64,000 nt of DNA, from contig JAUIBX010000001.1 of the NCBI GenBank assembly GCA_030427595.1, positions 18,217 through 82,216 on the forward strand. The letters run 5' to 3'. Made by a program: the position numbers and the translations under genes. How positions within the stretch are numbered: position 1 is the first letter of the stretch; every line of letters starts with the position of its first letter. This DNA comes from Bacteriovoracia bacterium. Its GTDB lineage: Bacteria; Bdellovibrionota; Bacteriovoracia; Bacteriovoracales; Bacteriovoracaceae. Of the stretch, positions 15,963 through 25,734 are shown in pieces. The notes beneath the pieces were generated by a model that worked only from the letters and a program-made list of their open reading frames with translations, was not told the origin of the DNA and searched no databases.

Positions 15963-17826
15963 TAAGTCTTTTGATTTTTCACGCTACTATCCTCTGTTTT
16001 TTACAGTGGTCTTTGTCATCATCCTCTTTCAGTATTCTTTTAGTACTTTAGAGGCGATTTTTTATGACATGAGAGTAAAGTACGATATCGGAATTTCATA
16101 CAATAATGACATCATCTTAGTAGTTATGGATGAGGAGTCTGATGAGTTTCTTGGTGAGACTTTTCCTTATACATATGCCAGTCATTATCATCTCTTTGAA
16201 AGAATAGCGGCTGATAGGCCTAGGGTGGTGAATTATTTTGTTAATCTCACAGAGCCAGAAACTCAATCTGACAAGGAAAACTTAAGTCGTTTTAAAGGAT
16301 CAATTTCGAGTTTCGTATCAGGTGGAGGTATCTTTCGCTTTGGAACAGATATGGACTCATGGGGTGAGCAGCTTCCCCCTAAAGACTTGAGGAGCTTTGG
16401 CTATTCATTAAGTCTTATCAATGTTGATAATGCTGCCTTCGCAAAAGACGAAGTTACGAGGAGGGCCATCCTAAACTTTTCTGGTGAGGATAGTTTGCAC
16501 TTATGGACGGCCAATGAATATAGAAAGTTTTTAGGGTTAAACCCTATTTCGGCCAAAGACTTTCCTGGGTCTTATTATTTAAGAGAGGCAGACGCTACCT
16601 TTGCTTTATTTCGCTTTTATACTTCTCCTCTTGAGGCGAAGAATAAAATATCAAGGATACCCTTTCACTCTGTAAGAGTAGGGAACTTTCCTGAGGGCTT
16701 TTTTAAGGATAAAATCGTCCTCGTTGGGCCGAGCTACATATCAAATACTGGCGACTATGTTTTAAGTCCTTTCGATAAGGAAAACTTCAGAAGCTCAAAA
16801 CTCTCTTTGCATGCCATTATTATTCAGGCCCTTATTCAAGGAAAGACGGTATACCAGTTACCTAAAACCTTTACTTACGTGCTGTGTATTATCGTCGCCA
16901 TATTCCTCTCTATTATGATTTCATGGCTAAAGCCTACCCATGGCCTCCTTATAACTGTGGGAGTGATGATGGGATCTCTGATCCTTTCCTACCTACTCTT
17001 TGTGGTGGCAGGTGTTTGGCTCTATGTTACTCATTTAGTTCTCTCTGTTTTTGTTGTTTACTATATCTGGGTTCCATTCAGGGCGATTGGTGAATACCAA
17101 AGGCGATTTGCCATTCAGGAGGAAACCAAGCTTCTTAAGAAGGTCGAAAACCTAAAGCAAAACTTTATTAGTCTTATGAGTCACGACTTAAAAACACCGG
17201 TCGCAAAGATCGCAGGTCTCGCCGATAACATGCTCAATCAACGACAATTTTCTAATGAGGATGGAGAAAAGAACTTAAAATCAATTGTTGATTCAACAAA
17301 AGAGCTTAATAAATTTATAACGAGCATCTTAGACTTAACCAAAATTGAGTCACGAAATCTCACCCTCAATATGGTTAATAAAGATATAAATAATACGGTT
17401 GAAAGTGTTGTAAATAATCTACGCTTTGAGGCATCGAGCAAAAATGTAAAGGTTGAGACAGAGCTCGGCCCACTTTATCCCATTCAATTTGATCCTAATT
17501 TAATGAATCGTGTTCTTTCTAATCTTATAGAAAATGCCATCAAGTACTCTGGCGAAGGTTCTAAGGTTCTTGTAACAACACACGATGACGAAAAGTGGGT
17601 TTACCTCACTATTAAAGATAATGGAGTCGGGATACCACCCACTGATATTGAAAATATTTTTGAGAAGTTTTATCGGGTAAAGAATGACGCAAGCCACTCG
17701 ATTAAGGGAACCGGTCTTGGTCTCTATCTTGTTAAGTACTTTGTAGAGCTTCATGGTGGTACAATATCTGTCACCAGTGAGATGGGACAGGGAACACAAT
17801 TTCAGATAAAATTAAAGAATGAATAG
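15946..17826 (+). CDS. Sensor histidine kinase with a CHASE2-type extracytoplasmic domain
   Basis: Domain order is TM, a periplasmic domain of about 290 aa, 3 TM segments, HisKA (H-box SLMSHDLKTPV) and HATPase (NLIENAIKYS, DNGVGIPPTDIENIFEKFYR, GTGLGLYLVKYFVELHGG). Confidence 0.85.
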   Translation: MKEKTNKSFDFSRYYPLFFTVVFVIILFQYSFSTLEAIFYDMRVKYDIGISYNNDIILVVMDEESDEFLGETFPYTYASHYHLFERIAADRPRVVNYFVNLTEPETQSDKENLSRFKGSISSFVSGGGIFRFGTDMDSWGEQLPPKDLRSFGYSLSLINVDNAAFAKDEVTRRAILNFSGEDSLHLWTANEYRKFLGLNPISAKDFPGSYYLREADATFALFRFYTSPLEAKNKISRIPFHSVRVGNFPEGFFKDKIVLVGPSYISNTGDYVLSPFDKENFRSSKLSLHAIIIQALIQGKTVYQLPKTFTYVLCIIVAIFLSIMISWLKPTHGLLITVGVMMGSLILSYLLFVVAGVWLYVTHLVLSVFVVYYIWVPFRAIGEYQRRFAIQEETKLLKKVENLKQNFISLMSHDLKTPVAKIAGLADNMLNQRQFSNEDGEKNLKSIVDSTKELNKFITSILDLTKIESRNLTLNMVNKDINNTVESVVNNLRFEASSKNVKVETELGPLYPIQFDPNLMNRVLSNLIENAIKYSGEGSKVLVTTHDDEKWVYLTIKDNGVGIPPTDIENIFEKFYRVKNDASHSIKGTGLGLYLVKYFVELHGGTISVTSEMGQGTQFQIKLKNE

Positions 17827-17846
17827 TCCACGAGTGGGAGAGTTTT

Positions 17847-19340
17847 ATGCACAAGGTCTTAGTTGTTGATGATGATAAAGTTTTACAAGGTTCCGTAAAG
17901 CAAGCCTTAGAGTACCACCATTTCTTTGTGGATACGGCAGATAACGGTAGGGAAGCTTTAAATAAGGTAACCGCTGGCGATTATGACCTCGTCGTTATGG
18001 ACGTTAACATGCCGGAAATGGATGGCATTGAAGCTCTTGAGCAAATTAAGAAATTTAATCCGAGTATCATTGTTCTTATTCTGACGGCTTACTCAAATGT
18101 GGGTGATGCTGTAAAGGCCGTAAAGCTTGGAGCTTTTAACTATCTTGAGAAGCCGATTACATCAGAAAACCTTGTCGCCCTTATTAAAAGGGCCCTAAAG
18201 GCGAGAAGCCTTGTTGAAACCTCAAAGTTTTCTGCACCAACACTTAGTCTCGGAAATGAAGATAAATTTGTTGGCGAGTCTGATGAAATGGTTAAAGTTT
18301 TTAACGTTATTTCAAAACTCGCCCAAGTAAATACTCCTGTTCTTATTCGTGGTGAATCAGGTACGGGTAAGGAACTTGTTGCTAAGGCCATTCATTATAA
18401 CGGACCTCGAAAGGATGAGAGGTTTGTAACGATTAACCTTGCTGCTATTCCTGATAACTTGATTGAGTCTGAGCTATTTGGGCATGAAAAAGGTGCTTTT
18501 ACTGGGGCTACAGAAAGAAAGATTGGTAAGTTTCAATACGCTGACGGCGGAACTATTTTTCTTGATGAAATCGGTGACATCAGTGCAACTATGCAAGTTA
18601 AGCTATTAAGGGTCCTTCAAGAGAATTCATTCACTCCCGTTGGTTCAAACAGAGATGTAAAAGTTGATGTGCGAGTCATTGCAGCATCCCATAAACCCTT
18701 TGAAGAAATGATCAAAGAAGGGACTTTTAGAGAAGACTTATTTTATCGTCTCAACGTTCTTCCGGTTTACCTCCCACCTCTACGTGAAAGAGTATCAGAT
18801 ATCCCTTATCTCATTGATTACTATATTGCCTATTTCAATAGCCTTCATAATTTAGAGATTAAGGGTGTTAATGAAGAGTCTCTCAAGTTACTTTCTGCTT
18901 ATGGATGGCCAGGGAATATTAGAGAGCTAAGAAATGTTATTGAGCACGCATTTATCATTGAGTCGAGTGATTACATTCGTCCAACGTCTTTACCAGACAC
19001 CGTCCACAAAGGTGCTCAAAGTGGACAAGGTGCTTCAGAGGACGAGGATGAGACATCAAGAATCGATTTTAAAGGAATTCGTGAGTCTGTTTTAGATCGT
19101 GACATGTCTGACGAAGACGTAAATAAGTATCAATTTACTTTCGCTCAGGTTACAGAAGATAACGATATAAAGATGGACTTTCAGGTTGCCAAAGACCTTT
19201 TTGAAAAAGAGTTTATCGTTCAGGCCTTGAAGCTCAATAAAGGTAAGATTAATCAGACGGCCTTGAAAGCTAATATTCCCAAAAAGACGCTACTTAGAAA
19301 GATCGAAAAGTACGATATTAATCCGAAAGAATATTATTAA
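17847..19340 (+). CDS. Sigma-54-dependent response regulator (NtrC family)
   Basis: REC domain (VLVVDDD, DLVVMDVNMPEMDG). AAA+ domain (GESGTGKELVAKAIH) with the sigma-54 contact motif ESELFGHEKGAFTGA. C-terminal Fis-type HTH (NQTALKANIPKKTLLRKIEKY). Confidence 0.9.
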   Translation: MHKVLVVDDDKVLQGSVKQALEYHHFFVDTADNGREALNKVTAGDYDLVVMDVNMPEMDGIEALEQIKKFNPSIIVLILTAYSNVGDAVKAVKLGAFNYLEKPITSENLVALIKRALKARSLVETSKFSAPTLSLGNEDKFVGESDEMVKVFNVISKLAQVNTPVLIRGESGTGKELVAKAIHYNGPRKDERFVTINLAAIPDNLIESELFGHEKGAFTGATERKIGKFQYADGGTIFLDEIGDISATMQVKLLRVLQENSFTPVGSNRDVKVDVRVIAASHKPFEEMIKEGTFREDLFYRLNVLPVYLPPLRERVSDIPYLIDYYIAYFNSLHNLEIKGVNEESLKLLSAYGWPGNIRELRNVIEHAFIIESSDYIRPTSLPDTVHKGAQSGQGASEDEDETSRIDFKGIRESVLDRDMSDEDVNKYQFTFAQVTEDNDIKMDFQVAKDLFEKEFIVQALKLNKGKINQTALKANIPKKTLLRKIEKYDINPKEYY

Positions 19341-19810
19341 TGAATAATATTTGGAAATATAGCCTCGTACTGGCTTTTTCCATCATTGCTGATCAACTTA
19401 TAAAAGGTACGGCACAGAGTCTGCTGTTAGAGCAAAATTCTACAGCAGCTTTTCTTGGGCCACTGTCCTTTGCTCGATTGCTTAACCCAAATTTAATTTT
19501 TGGCATTAAAATTTCAGCATTAGGAGACTATCAAAACCTCATTTGCCACTTAATAGACCTCCTTTTGATATTTTGGATTCTAAAAAAAATCGTCTATTAC
19601 AGAAATAGAGGACCTATAATTGGCTGGGGTTATACACTTTGGCTGATGGGAGTCTTCACCAGTTGGCTTGATAGAGTTTCCCATGGTTACACACTCGACT
19701 ACCTCTCTCTTGGAAAGTTTAGCTTTAGTCTGGGTGATATCTATACCGTCTTAGGCCTCGTCATCATATTTTGGTTTGAGCTTATAAAAATTAAAATGAG
19801 GAAATCATGA
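19340..19810 (+). CDS. lspA: Lipoprotein signal peptidase (LspA)-like, divergent
   Basis: By my alignment to E. coli LspA, IIADQLIK matches IIDLGSK, LDRVSHGYTLDYLSL matches FDRLWHGFVVDMIDF, and FSLGDIY matches FNLAD. Both catalytic Asp positions appear retained. The NxGAAF motif is degenerate (NPNLIF). The stop and start overlap with the neighbouring genes. Confidence 0.6.
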   Translation: MNNIWKYSLVLAFSIIADQLIKGTAQSLLLEQNSTAAFLGPLSFARLLNPNLIFGIKISALGDYQNLICHLIDLLLIFWILKKIVYYRNRGPIIGWGYTLWLMGVFTSWLDRVSHGYTLDYLSLGKFSFSLGDIYTVLGLVIIFWFELIKIKMRKS

Positions 19811-20541
19811 GGCCAATCCTTTTTCATCTCTTTGGTGAGCCTGTTTTTAGCTATCCACTTTTAATGGGGTTTGGATGGGGAGTAGGCTTCAACTATTCCT
19901 TAGGCCTTTGGTTAAAAGATGGCCTTCAAAAATCTGACCTTTGGAAAATATTTATTGGCTCTTTCCTCTTTGGTTGGATTGGAGCGAAGGTCTTCTTCCT
20001 CCTCTTTTCTGCACCAGATAGAGCATTAGATTATTCAGTCGAGGTGAACTTTTGGCTTGGAGGCGGCTTCGTTTTTTACGGGGGTCTTGTTTTTGCGGCT
20101 CTTTTTGCTCTTACCTATGCTTTCTTGGTCAAGAGTACCAAAGTTTCTGATCTTGCTAATATTTTACCCGGTCTTTCTTTAGGGCATGCTCTCGGTAGGA
20201 TTGGATGTTTATTAGCAGGTTGTTGTTACGGTAATCATTGTGATCTGCCTATTGGTATTGTTTTTAGGGGAGTGAAACGCCATCCGGTACAGCTCTATGA
20301 AGCCCTTGCGCTTGTCATCCTTTTTTTCGTTTTAAGAGAGCTTCTTAAGAAGAGGAAGAAAGCACAAACTCTTATCGCTTACCTTTTTGGCTACAGTGCT
20401 ATTCGTTTCTTTTTAGAGTTTTTCAGGGGTGATGAAATAAGAGGCGCCTACTTGAACCTAAGTACATCCCAGTGGGTGAGTATCGTACTCATCCTCATAA
20501 CATTAAGCGTGACAGTATTAACGAAAACTAGGCGTCGCTAG
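19807..20541 (+). CDS. lgt: Prolipoprotein diacylglyceryl transferase
   Basis: Motifs GRIGCLLAGCCYG and HPVQLYEALA. Polytopic membrane protein. Confidence 0.85.
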   Translation: MRPILFHLFGEPVFSYPLLMGFGWGVGFNYSLGLWLKDGLQKSDLWKIFIGSFLFGWIGAKVFFLLFSAPDRALDYSVEVNFWLGGGFVFYGGLVFAALFALTYAFLVKSTKVSDLANILPGLSLGHALGRIGCLLAGCCYGNHCDLPIGIVFRGVKRHPVQLYEALALVILFFVLRELLKKRKKAQTLIAYLFGYSAIRFFLEFFRGDEIRGAYLNLSTSQWVSIVLILITLSVTVLTKTRRR

Positions 20542-20989
20542 AAGCTTCTTGAGCCTCTTCTTTTTCTTCTTCTACAGGTGGCTCAAGTGAAAGGTTTTCA
20601 CTTTCTAGGGCCTTATTGAGTGACTCTTGAGTGATGTAGAGTTGTGAACTAAGGGTTTCGTTTCCCCAGGCGATGAAAGAGTCATTGTGCTCATACATGG
20701 TGATGGTTTCCCAAGGACAGTCTTGAGAGCAGTTTTGACAACCAATACAGCGAGCAATGTCGATTTCAACCATTTGGCGAAAGCCAGGGTTTGATGGATC
20801 TGGTCCTGGTACGAGCTCAATAGAATCAACGGGACAGCCAGCGATACAGACTTCACAGCCTGTGCAACCGCTTTGGTGCACGACGGCAATTAGCTTAGGT
20901 GGTTTTTTACCCTTACGCTTAGGCTTAAGCCTAGCTGTATGAAATGGGTTTTCAACCAATATTTCTCTGTCGTCTTGCTGATCACTCAT
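20528..20989 (-). CDS. 4Fe-4S dicluster ferredoxin-domain protein with basic N- and acidic C-terminal extensions
   Basis: Motifs CTGCEVCIAGCPVDSI and CIGCQNCSQDCPWETI. The 3' end overlaps lgt by 14 nt in convergent orientation. Confidence 0.8.
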   Translation of the reverse strand: MSDQQDDREILVENPFHTARLKPKRKGKKPPKLIAVVHQSGCTGCEVCIAGCPVDSIELVPGPDPSNPGFRQMVEIDIARCIGCQNCSQDCPWETITMYEHNDSFIAWGNETLSSQLYITQESLNKALESENLSLEPPVEEEKEEAQEASSDA

Positions 20990-21179
20990 TATTGAACCCT
21001 ATCAAGAAACCCTATTAAAACGGTAGTTTAGATGCATTCTATACCATAGACATCGTAGTACAAAGCGGTTTTGCTTGGACTTTTTTTTTAAGCTATATTG
21101 GCTGAGCTGTAAATAACGTTATTTCAAAGGTTTGAATAGTCCAGACCATGTGAAAGCTGAATGAATTAGAGGGATAATC

Positions 21180-24100
21180 ATGAAGAAACTTCGCTTTGTA
21201 ACGGCCGCTAGTCTATTTGACGGGCACGATGTCTCAATAAATATTATGAGGCGTCTGCTCCAATCAAAAGGTGTTGAAGTTATCCACCTTGGGCATAACC
21301 GCTCTGCTCAAGAAGTCGTCGATGCTTGTCTTCAAGAGGATGCCCATGCCGTAGCGCTTTCCTCTTATCAGGGCGGCCACATGGAATACTTCACTTATAT
21401 CAGAGAGCTTCTCAATGAAGCTGGTGCTCAAAATGTTCGTATCTTTGGTGGCGGTGGAGGAGTCATTACTCCTAGCGAGATTAAGGAGCTTCACACGCGA
21501 GGAATCACTAAGATCTATTCTCCTGAAGATGGGATGAAGTTGGGTCTTGTTGGTATTATCGATGACATGATCGAGAGGTCTAATTACTCCACAACAGAAG
21601 GAGTGGACTTTTCAACATTAGATCCAAATAACTTAAGCTTTGCCCAAGCTTCAAAGGTCATATCAGAAATTGAGAATACGGGAAAGACACCTGTTAAGTT
21701 TAATGAAAAGAGTATACCTGTTTTGGGGATAACTGGAACTGGTGGTGCTGGTAAGTCTTCTCTTATTGATGAAATTCTTCTTCGCTTTAATCGCTATTAT
21801 AAAGACGCAAAGATAGCTTTAATTTCTGTCGATCCAACTAAAAAGAAAACTCAAGGGGCTCTTCTAGGAGATAGAATTCGCCTCGGTTCAGCAACTTATT
21901 CTCAGTTCTTTGTGCGCTCACTTGCCACAAGGGATTCTAAAACTGAACTAAGTCCAGAAATTAAACAAGTCGTATCCTTTCTCAAGAGTCAGGACTTTTC
22001 TTTCATCATGGTGGAAACATCCGGTATCGGGCAGGCCTCTGATGAAATTACTCAAGTCGCTGATAAATGTGTTTATGTCATGACTCCAGAGTATGGTGCA
22101 GCAACACAGTTAGAAAAAATTGAAATGCTTGAGTCAGCAGACTTCATTGTGCTTAATAAATTTGAAAAGCCACGTTCTGAGGACGCCCTTAGAGATATCA
22201 GAAAGCAATATCGTCGTAATAAAGGCCTTTTCCAAGGTCATCCAGGTTCTCCAGAAGATCATGAGCTTCCTGTCTTTGGTACGATGGCGTCCAAGTTTAA
22301 TGATAGTGGAGTAAATGCTCTCTTCTACGAGTTGGCGAAGTCTTTGGACTTTGACACAAAAGAAGTAGAAAACCTTCCGATTGAAAGAAGTCCAAAGGCC
22401 AAGGGCTCTATCATTGGCCCAGACCGAACACTCTATTTGCGAGAAATCGCAGGTGCTTGTCGTGAGTATAATAAGAAAACTCAAGACGACTACAATTTAC
22501 TACAGGACTATGAGGCACTTGAAAAAGCTAAGGAGCTTGTTCCTGGTAACAAAGATTTAGAGCAAAAGTTTAAGGAAGTATCAGAAAAGGTTGGTGACCT
22601 TCCTCTTGCTGCGATTAATGAGTTTGAAGAACTAAAAAAGACTTACGACAAGGGAGAGTTCTCCTATAGCGTACGAGGTAAAGAAATTAAGGTCATTACA
22701 AAGAATAAATCACTGTCGGGTAACATGATTTCACGCGTAGGTTTACCTTCCTTAAAATCTAAGCCTGAAACATATAAGTACCTTAGAAACTGTAATGCCC
22801 CCGGTTTCTTTCCCTATGGTGCGGGTATTTTTCCCTTTAAAAGGGCAGATGAAGAGCCAAAGAGAATGTTTGCAGGGGAAGGTGGGCCAAAGCGAACCAA
22901 TAAGAGGTTTCACTACCTATCTAAAGATGATCCCGCCAAGAGACTTTCAACTGCTTTCGATTCTGTAACACTTTATGGTGAGGATCCCGATAAGCGTCCT
23001 GATATTTTTGGAAAAATTGGTGAAGCAGGTGTCTCCATTGCGACCCTAGATGATATGCGTGCCCTATATGATGGCTTTGATCTGACAAGTCCAAATACTT
23101 CCGTTTCTATGACCATTAATGGACCCGCACCTATTATCCTTGCTCTCTACATGAATACAGCGATTAAGCAAAAGCTTGAAGGTGACGATTTTTGGAATGA
23201 AGAAAAGCGTGTAGAGGTCATGCGACAGGTAAGAGGGACTGTTCAAGCTGATATCTTAAAAGAAGATCAGGCTCAAAATACGTGTATTTTCTCTCTTGAA
23301 TTTAGCCTTAAGCTTATGGGTGATATCCAAGAGTATTTTTGTAAAAATGCCATTAAGAATTACTACTCTGTATCGATTAGTGGCTACCACATTGCTGAAG
23401 CGGGAGCTAATCCAATCACACAAACGGCTTTTACTTTGGCCAATGGTTTTACTTTTGTTGAGTATTATTTAAGCCGTGGCATGAATATTGATGACTTCGC
23501 TACAAACTTAAGCTTCTTCTTTAGTAATGGCTTAGACCCAGAATATGCTGTTATTGGACGCGTTGCTCGAAAAATTTGGGCCGTAACAATGAGGGACAAA
23601 TATGGTGCAAATGAAAAGTCTCAAAAGTTTAAGTACCATATTCAAACTTCAGGAAGGTCTCTTCACGCTCAAGAAATTGACTTCAACGACATCAGAACAA
23701 CTCTACAGGCTTATTTAGCTCTCTCAGATAATTGTAATAGTCTTCATACCAATGCTTATGATGAGGCCATTACGACTCCTACTGAAGAAAGTGTGAGAAG
23801 AGCAATGGCGATCCAAATGATTATTAATAGGGAGTTTGGTCTGAACAAAACTGATAACCCCATGCAGGGCTCATACTTGATTGAAGAGCTTGCCGAGATT
23901 GTAGAAGAAGCGATCCTTGAAGAGTTCGAAAGAATTTCTGATAAGGGAGGGGTTCTTGGTGCAATGGAAAGTATGTATCAAAGAGGGAAGATCCAAGAAG
24001 AGTCGCTCTATTACGAAACCTTAAAAGATAGTGGAGAGCTTCCAATTATTGGAGTGAACACTTACCTTGCCCCCAATATCGAAGAGCAGATGCAGCAGGA

Positions 24101-24335
24101 AATAGAAATTTCTCGCTGTTCAGATGAAGAAAAGCAAGATCAAATCAACCGCTTAATTGATTTTAAAGAGAGAAACAAAGATAAGTCCGAAGAAGCTCTC
24201 GCATCTCTAAAGGCTGCCGTTCTTGAAGATAGAAATGTTTTTGAAGAACTTTTAAAGACAGTAAACTACTGCTCTCTTGGTCAAATAACGAATCTCCTCT
24301 TTGAAGTAGGTGGCCGCTATAGAAGGAATATGTAA
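21180..24335 (+). CDS. icmF: Fused isobutyryl-CoA mutase (B12-binding domain + MeaB-like GTPase + mutase catalytic domain)
   Basis: 1051 aa. N-terminal B12-binding segment SLFDGHDVSINIMRRLL (DxHxxG). G-protein P-loop GITGTGGAGKSSLIDE. Large C-terminal methylmalonyl-CoA-mutase-like barrel. Confidence 0.9.
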   Translation: MKKLRFVTAASLFDGHDVSINIMRRLLQSKGVEVIHLGHNRSAQEVVDACLQEDAHAVALSSYQGGHMEYFTYIRELLNEAGAQNVRIFGGGGGVITPSEIKELHTRGITKIYSPEDGMKLGLVGIIDDMIERSNYSTTEGVDFSTLDPNNLSFAQASKVISEIENTGKTPVKFNEKSIPVLGITGTGGAGKSSLIDEILLRFNRYYKDAKIALISVDPTKKKTQGALLGDRIRLGSATYSQFFVRSLATRDSKTELSPEIKQVVSFLKSQDFSFIMVETSGIGQASDEITQVADKCVYVMTPEYGAATQLEKIEMLESADFIVLNKFEKPRSEDALRDIRKQYRRNKGLFQGHPGSPEDHELPVFGTMASKFNDSGVNALFYELAKSLDFDTKEVENLPIERSPKAKGSIIGPDRTLYLREIAGACREYNKKTQDDYNLLQDYEALEKAKELVPGNKDLEQKFKEVSEKVGDLPLAAINEFEELKKTYDKGEFSYSVRGKEIKVITKNKSLSGNMISRVGLPSLKSKPETYKYLRNCNAPGFFPYGAGIFPFKRADEEPKRMFAGEGGPKRTNKRFHYLSKDDPAKRLSTAFDSVTLYGEDPDKRPDIFGKIGEAGVSIATLDDMRALYDGFDLTSPNTSVSMTINGPAPIILALYMNTAIKQKLEGDDFWNEEKRVEVMRQVRGTVQADILKEDQAQNTCIFSLEFSLKLMGDIQEYFCKNAIKNYYSVSISGYHIAEAGANPITQTAFTLANGFTFVEYYLSRGMNIDDFATNLSFFFSNGLDPEYAVIGRVARKIWAVTMRDKYGANEKSQKFKYHIQTSGRSLHAQEIDFNDIRTTLQAYLALSDNCNSLHTNAYDEAITTPTEESVRRAMAIQMIINREFGLNKTDNPMQGSYLIEELAEIVEEAILEEFERISDKGGVLGAMESMYQRGKIQEESLYYETLKDSGELPIIGVNTYLAPNIEEQMQQEIEISRCSDEEKQDQINRLIDFKERNKDKSEEALASLKAAVLEDRNVFEELLKTVNYCSLGQITNLLFEVGGRYRRNM

Positions 24336-24913
24336 TGGCAAATAAATCAAACCTTTATACAAAGATGGGTGATAATGGAGAAACTGGCCTTGTGGGTGGG
24401 ACTCGAGTGTCGAAGGCCGATGCCCGCATAGACCTCTACGGCGAGGTCGACGAACTCAACTCATGGGTAGGAATTGCTATTACTCAGTTGCCATTGGAAA
24501 AGTTTAAAGATGAGATTACGTACCTTCAAAGAGTTCAGTGTTACCTGTTTGACCTTGGAAGTAATCTCGCCTGTGAGGCCGAGCAACGTGAAAACTTCAA
24601 ACTTCCTAAGCTCAACGAAGAAATTATTGAAGAGCTAGAAAAGAAAATTGATGTTTTAGATTCTCAATGTCCAAAACTTAAAAACTTCATTTTGCCAGGA
24701 GGCAGTAAAGCTTCTTCATCTTTACATCTCTGCCGTACGGTTTGTAGAAAAATAGAGCGTAAGATGGTTCAATTTCGACTTCAGCATCAAGAAGAGCTTC
24801 CCGTACACGCAGCTCCCTTCATGAATCGATTGAGTGACTTTTTCTTTGTCTTGTCTCGTCATGTAAATGTGAAAGAGGGTATAGAAGAAGTTCCTTGGAA
24901 ACCACAGGTTTAA
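24335..24913 (+). CDS. ATP:cob(I)alamin adenosyltransferase, PduO type
   Basis: N-terminal LYTKMGDNGETGLVGGTRVSK followed by DARIDLYGEVDELNS. The start overlaps the icmF stop (TAATG). Confidence 0.9.
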   Translation: MANKSNLYTKMGDNGETGLVGGTRVSKADARIDLYGEVDELNSWVGIAITQLPLEKFKDEITYLQRVQCYLFDLGSNLACEAEQRENFKLPKLNEEIIEELEKKIDVLDSQCPKLKNFILPGGSKASSSLHLCRTVCRKIERKMVQFRLQHQEELPVHAAPFMNRLSDFFFVLSRHVNVKEGIEEVPWKPQV

Positions 24914-25593
24914 TCTTTTTTAAACAGACCCTTTATTTTCCCGAGTAGACCACCCTTGTCTTCATCATGGTCAGTTTTTACCTTCTTCGTTTTCTTGGTT
25001 TTGGCTTTCTTAACTTCTTTCTTTTTGTCGCCTTTTAACTCTAGCTCATCAAGGTTGGCAATTTTCGACTTTTCTTTAGGGGGGGGGGGCTTTGGTTCTT
25101 CTCTTTTCGTAACAGTTTGAGTGTGATCTTCCTCGATTTCTTGCTTTCTTCTTATCTTGGCGAGAAGAGTTTTTTGCTTACTCTGACCAAACTCATCTTC
25201 ATCAACGTCATCAATACCTTCAACTTTCGCACCGAGCCTGACAAAGGTGACACTTGTTCTTTCAAAGTCCCTTTTGTGAAGACCAAGCTCCTTTGCATTC
25301 ATTTCGCTATCATCTAGTGCTATCTTAACTTTGCCAATTTGGACAAAGTCATCGAGGTAGATAAAGGTTTCTTGAATTTTACTACCGTTGAGAAAGGTAC
25401 CATTGGTTGTTTCGAGGTCTTTGATAACGGCACGTCCATCACTATTAATTTTTACGGCCAGGTGTTTGCCACTAATCATGGAGTCTTTAAGAGTGAGGTG
25501 ACACTTAGATGACCTCCCGATAAAGAAAGGCTTGCTGGTCAGCCTGACCCGCGTCTCCTCATCTCCATCTTTGACATTTAAATAAATCGCCAT
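24910..25593 (-). CDS. FHA-domain protein with a Lys-rich C-terminal tail
   Basis: FHA signature FFIGRSSKCHLTLKDSMISGKHLAV ... TNGTFLNGSKI. The tail is KKKEVKKAKTKKTKKVK. Confidence 0.85.
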   Translation of the reverse strand: MAIYLNVKDGDEETRVRLTSKPFFIGRSSKCHLTLKDSMISGKHLAVKINSDGRAVIKDLETTNGTFLNGSKIQETFIYLDDFVQIGKVKIALDDSEMNAKELGLHKRDFERTSVTFVRLGAKVEGIDDVDEDEFGQSKQKTLLAKIRRKQEIEEDHTQTVTKREEPKPPPPKEKSKIANLDELELKGDKKKEVKKAKTKKTKKVKTDHDEDKGGLLGKIKGLFKKD

Positions 25594-25734
25594 AATATCA
25601 CCTGATTTCAGTATTATAGGATACTTTGGACACCGAATAAATTTAGTGTTTTGATTGATCCAAATTTGCCGGTATTATAAAGGTGTTATAAATAGGGTAA
25701 AAAAAGTCTTATTTATTAAGGAAGTGACAAAAAG

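Noticed and set aside
20990-21179. Cobalamin riboswitch upstream of icmF
   Set aside because: No B12-box-like sequence or conserved GCCACTG-type core is visible. The leader is AT-rich and unstructured.
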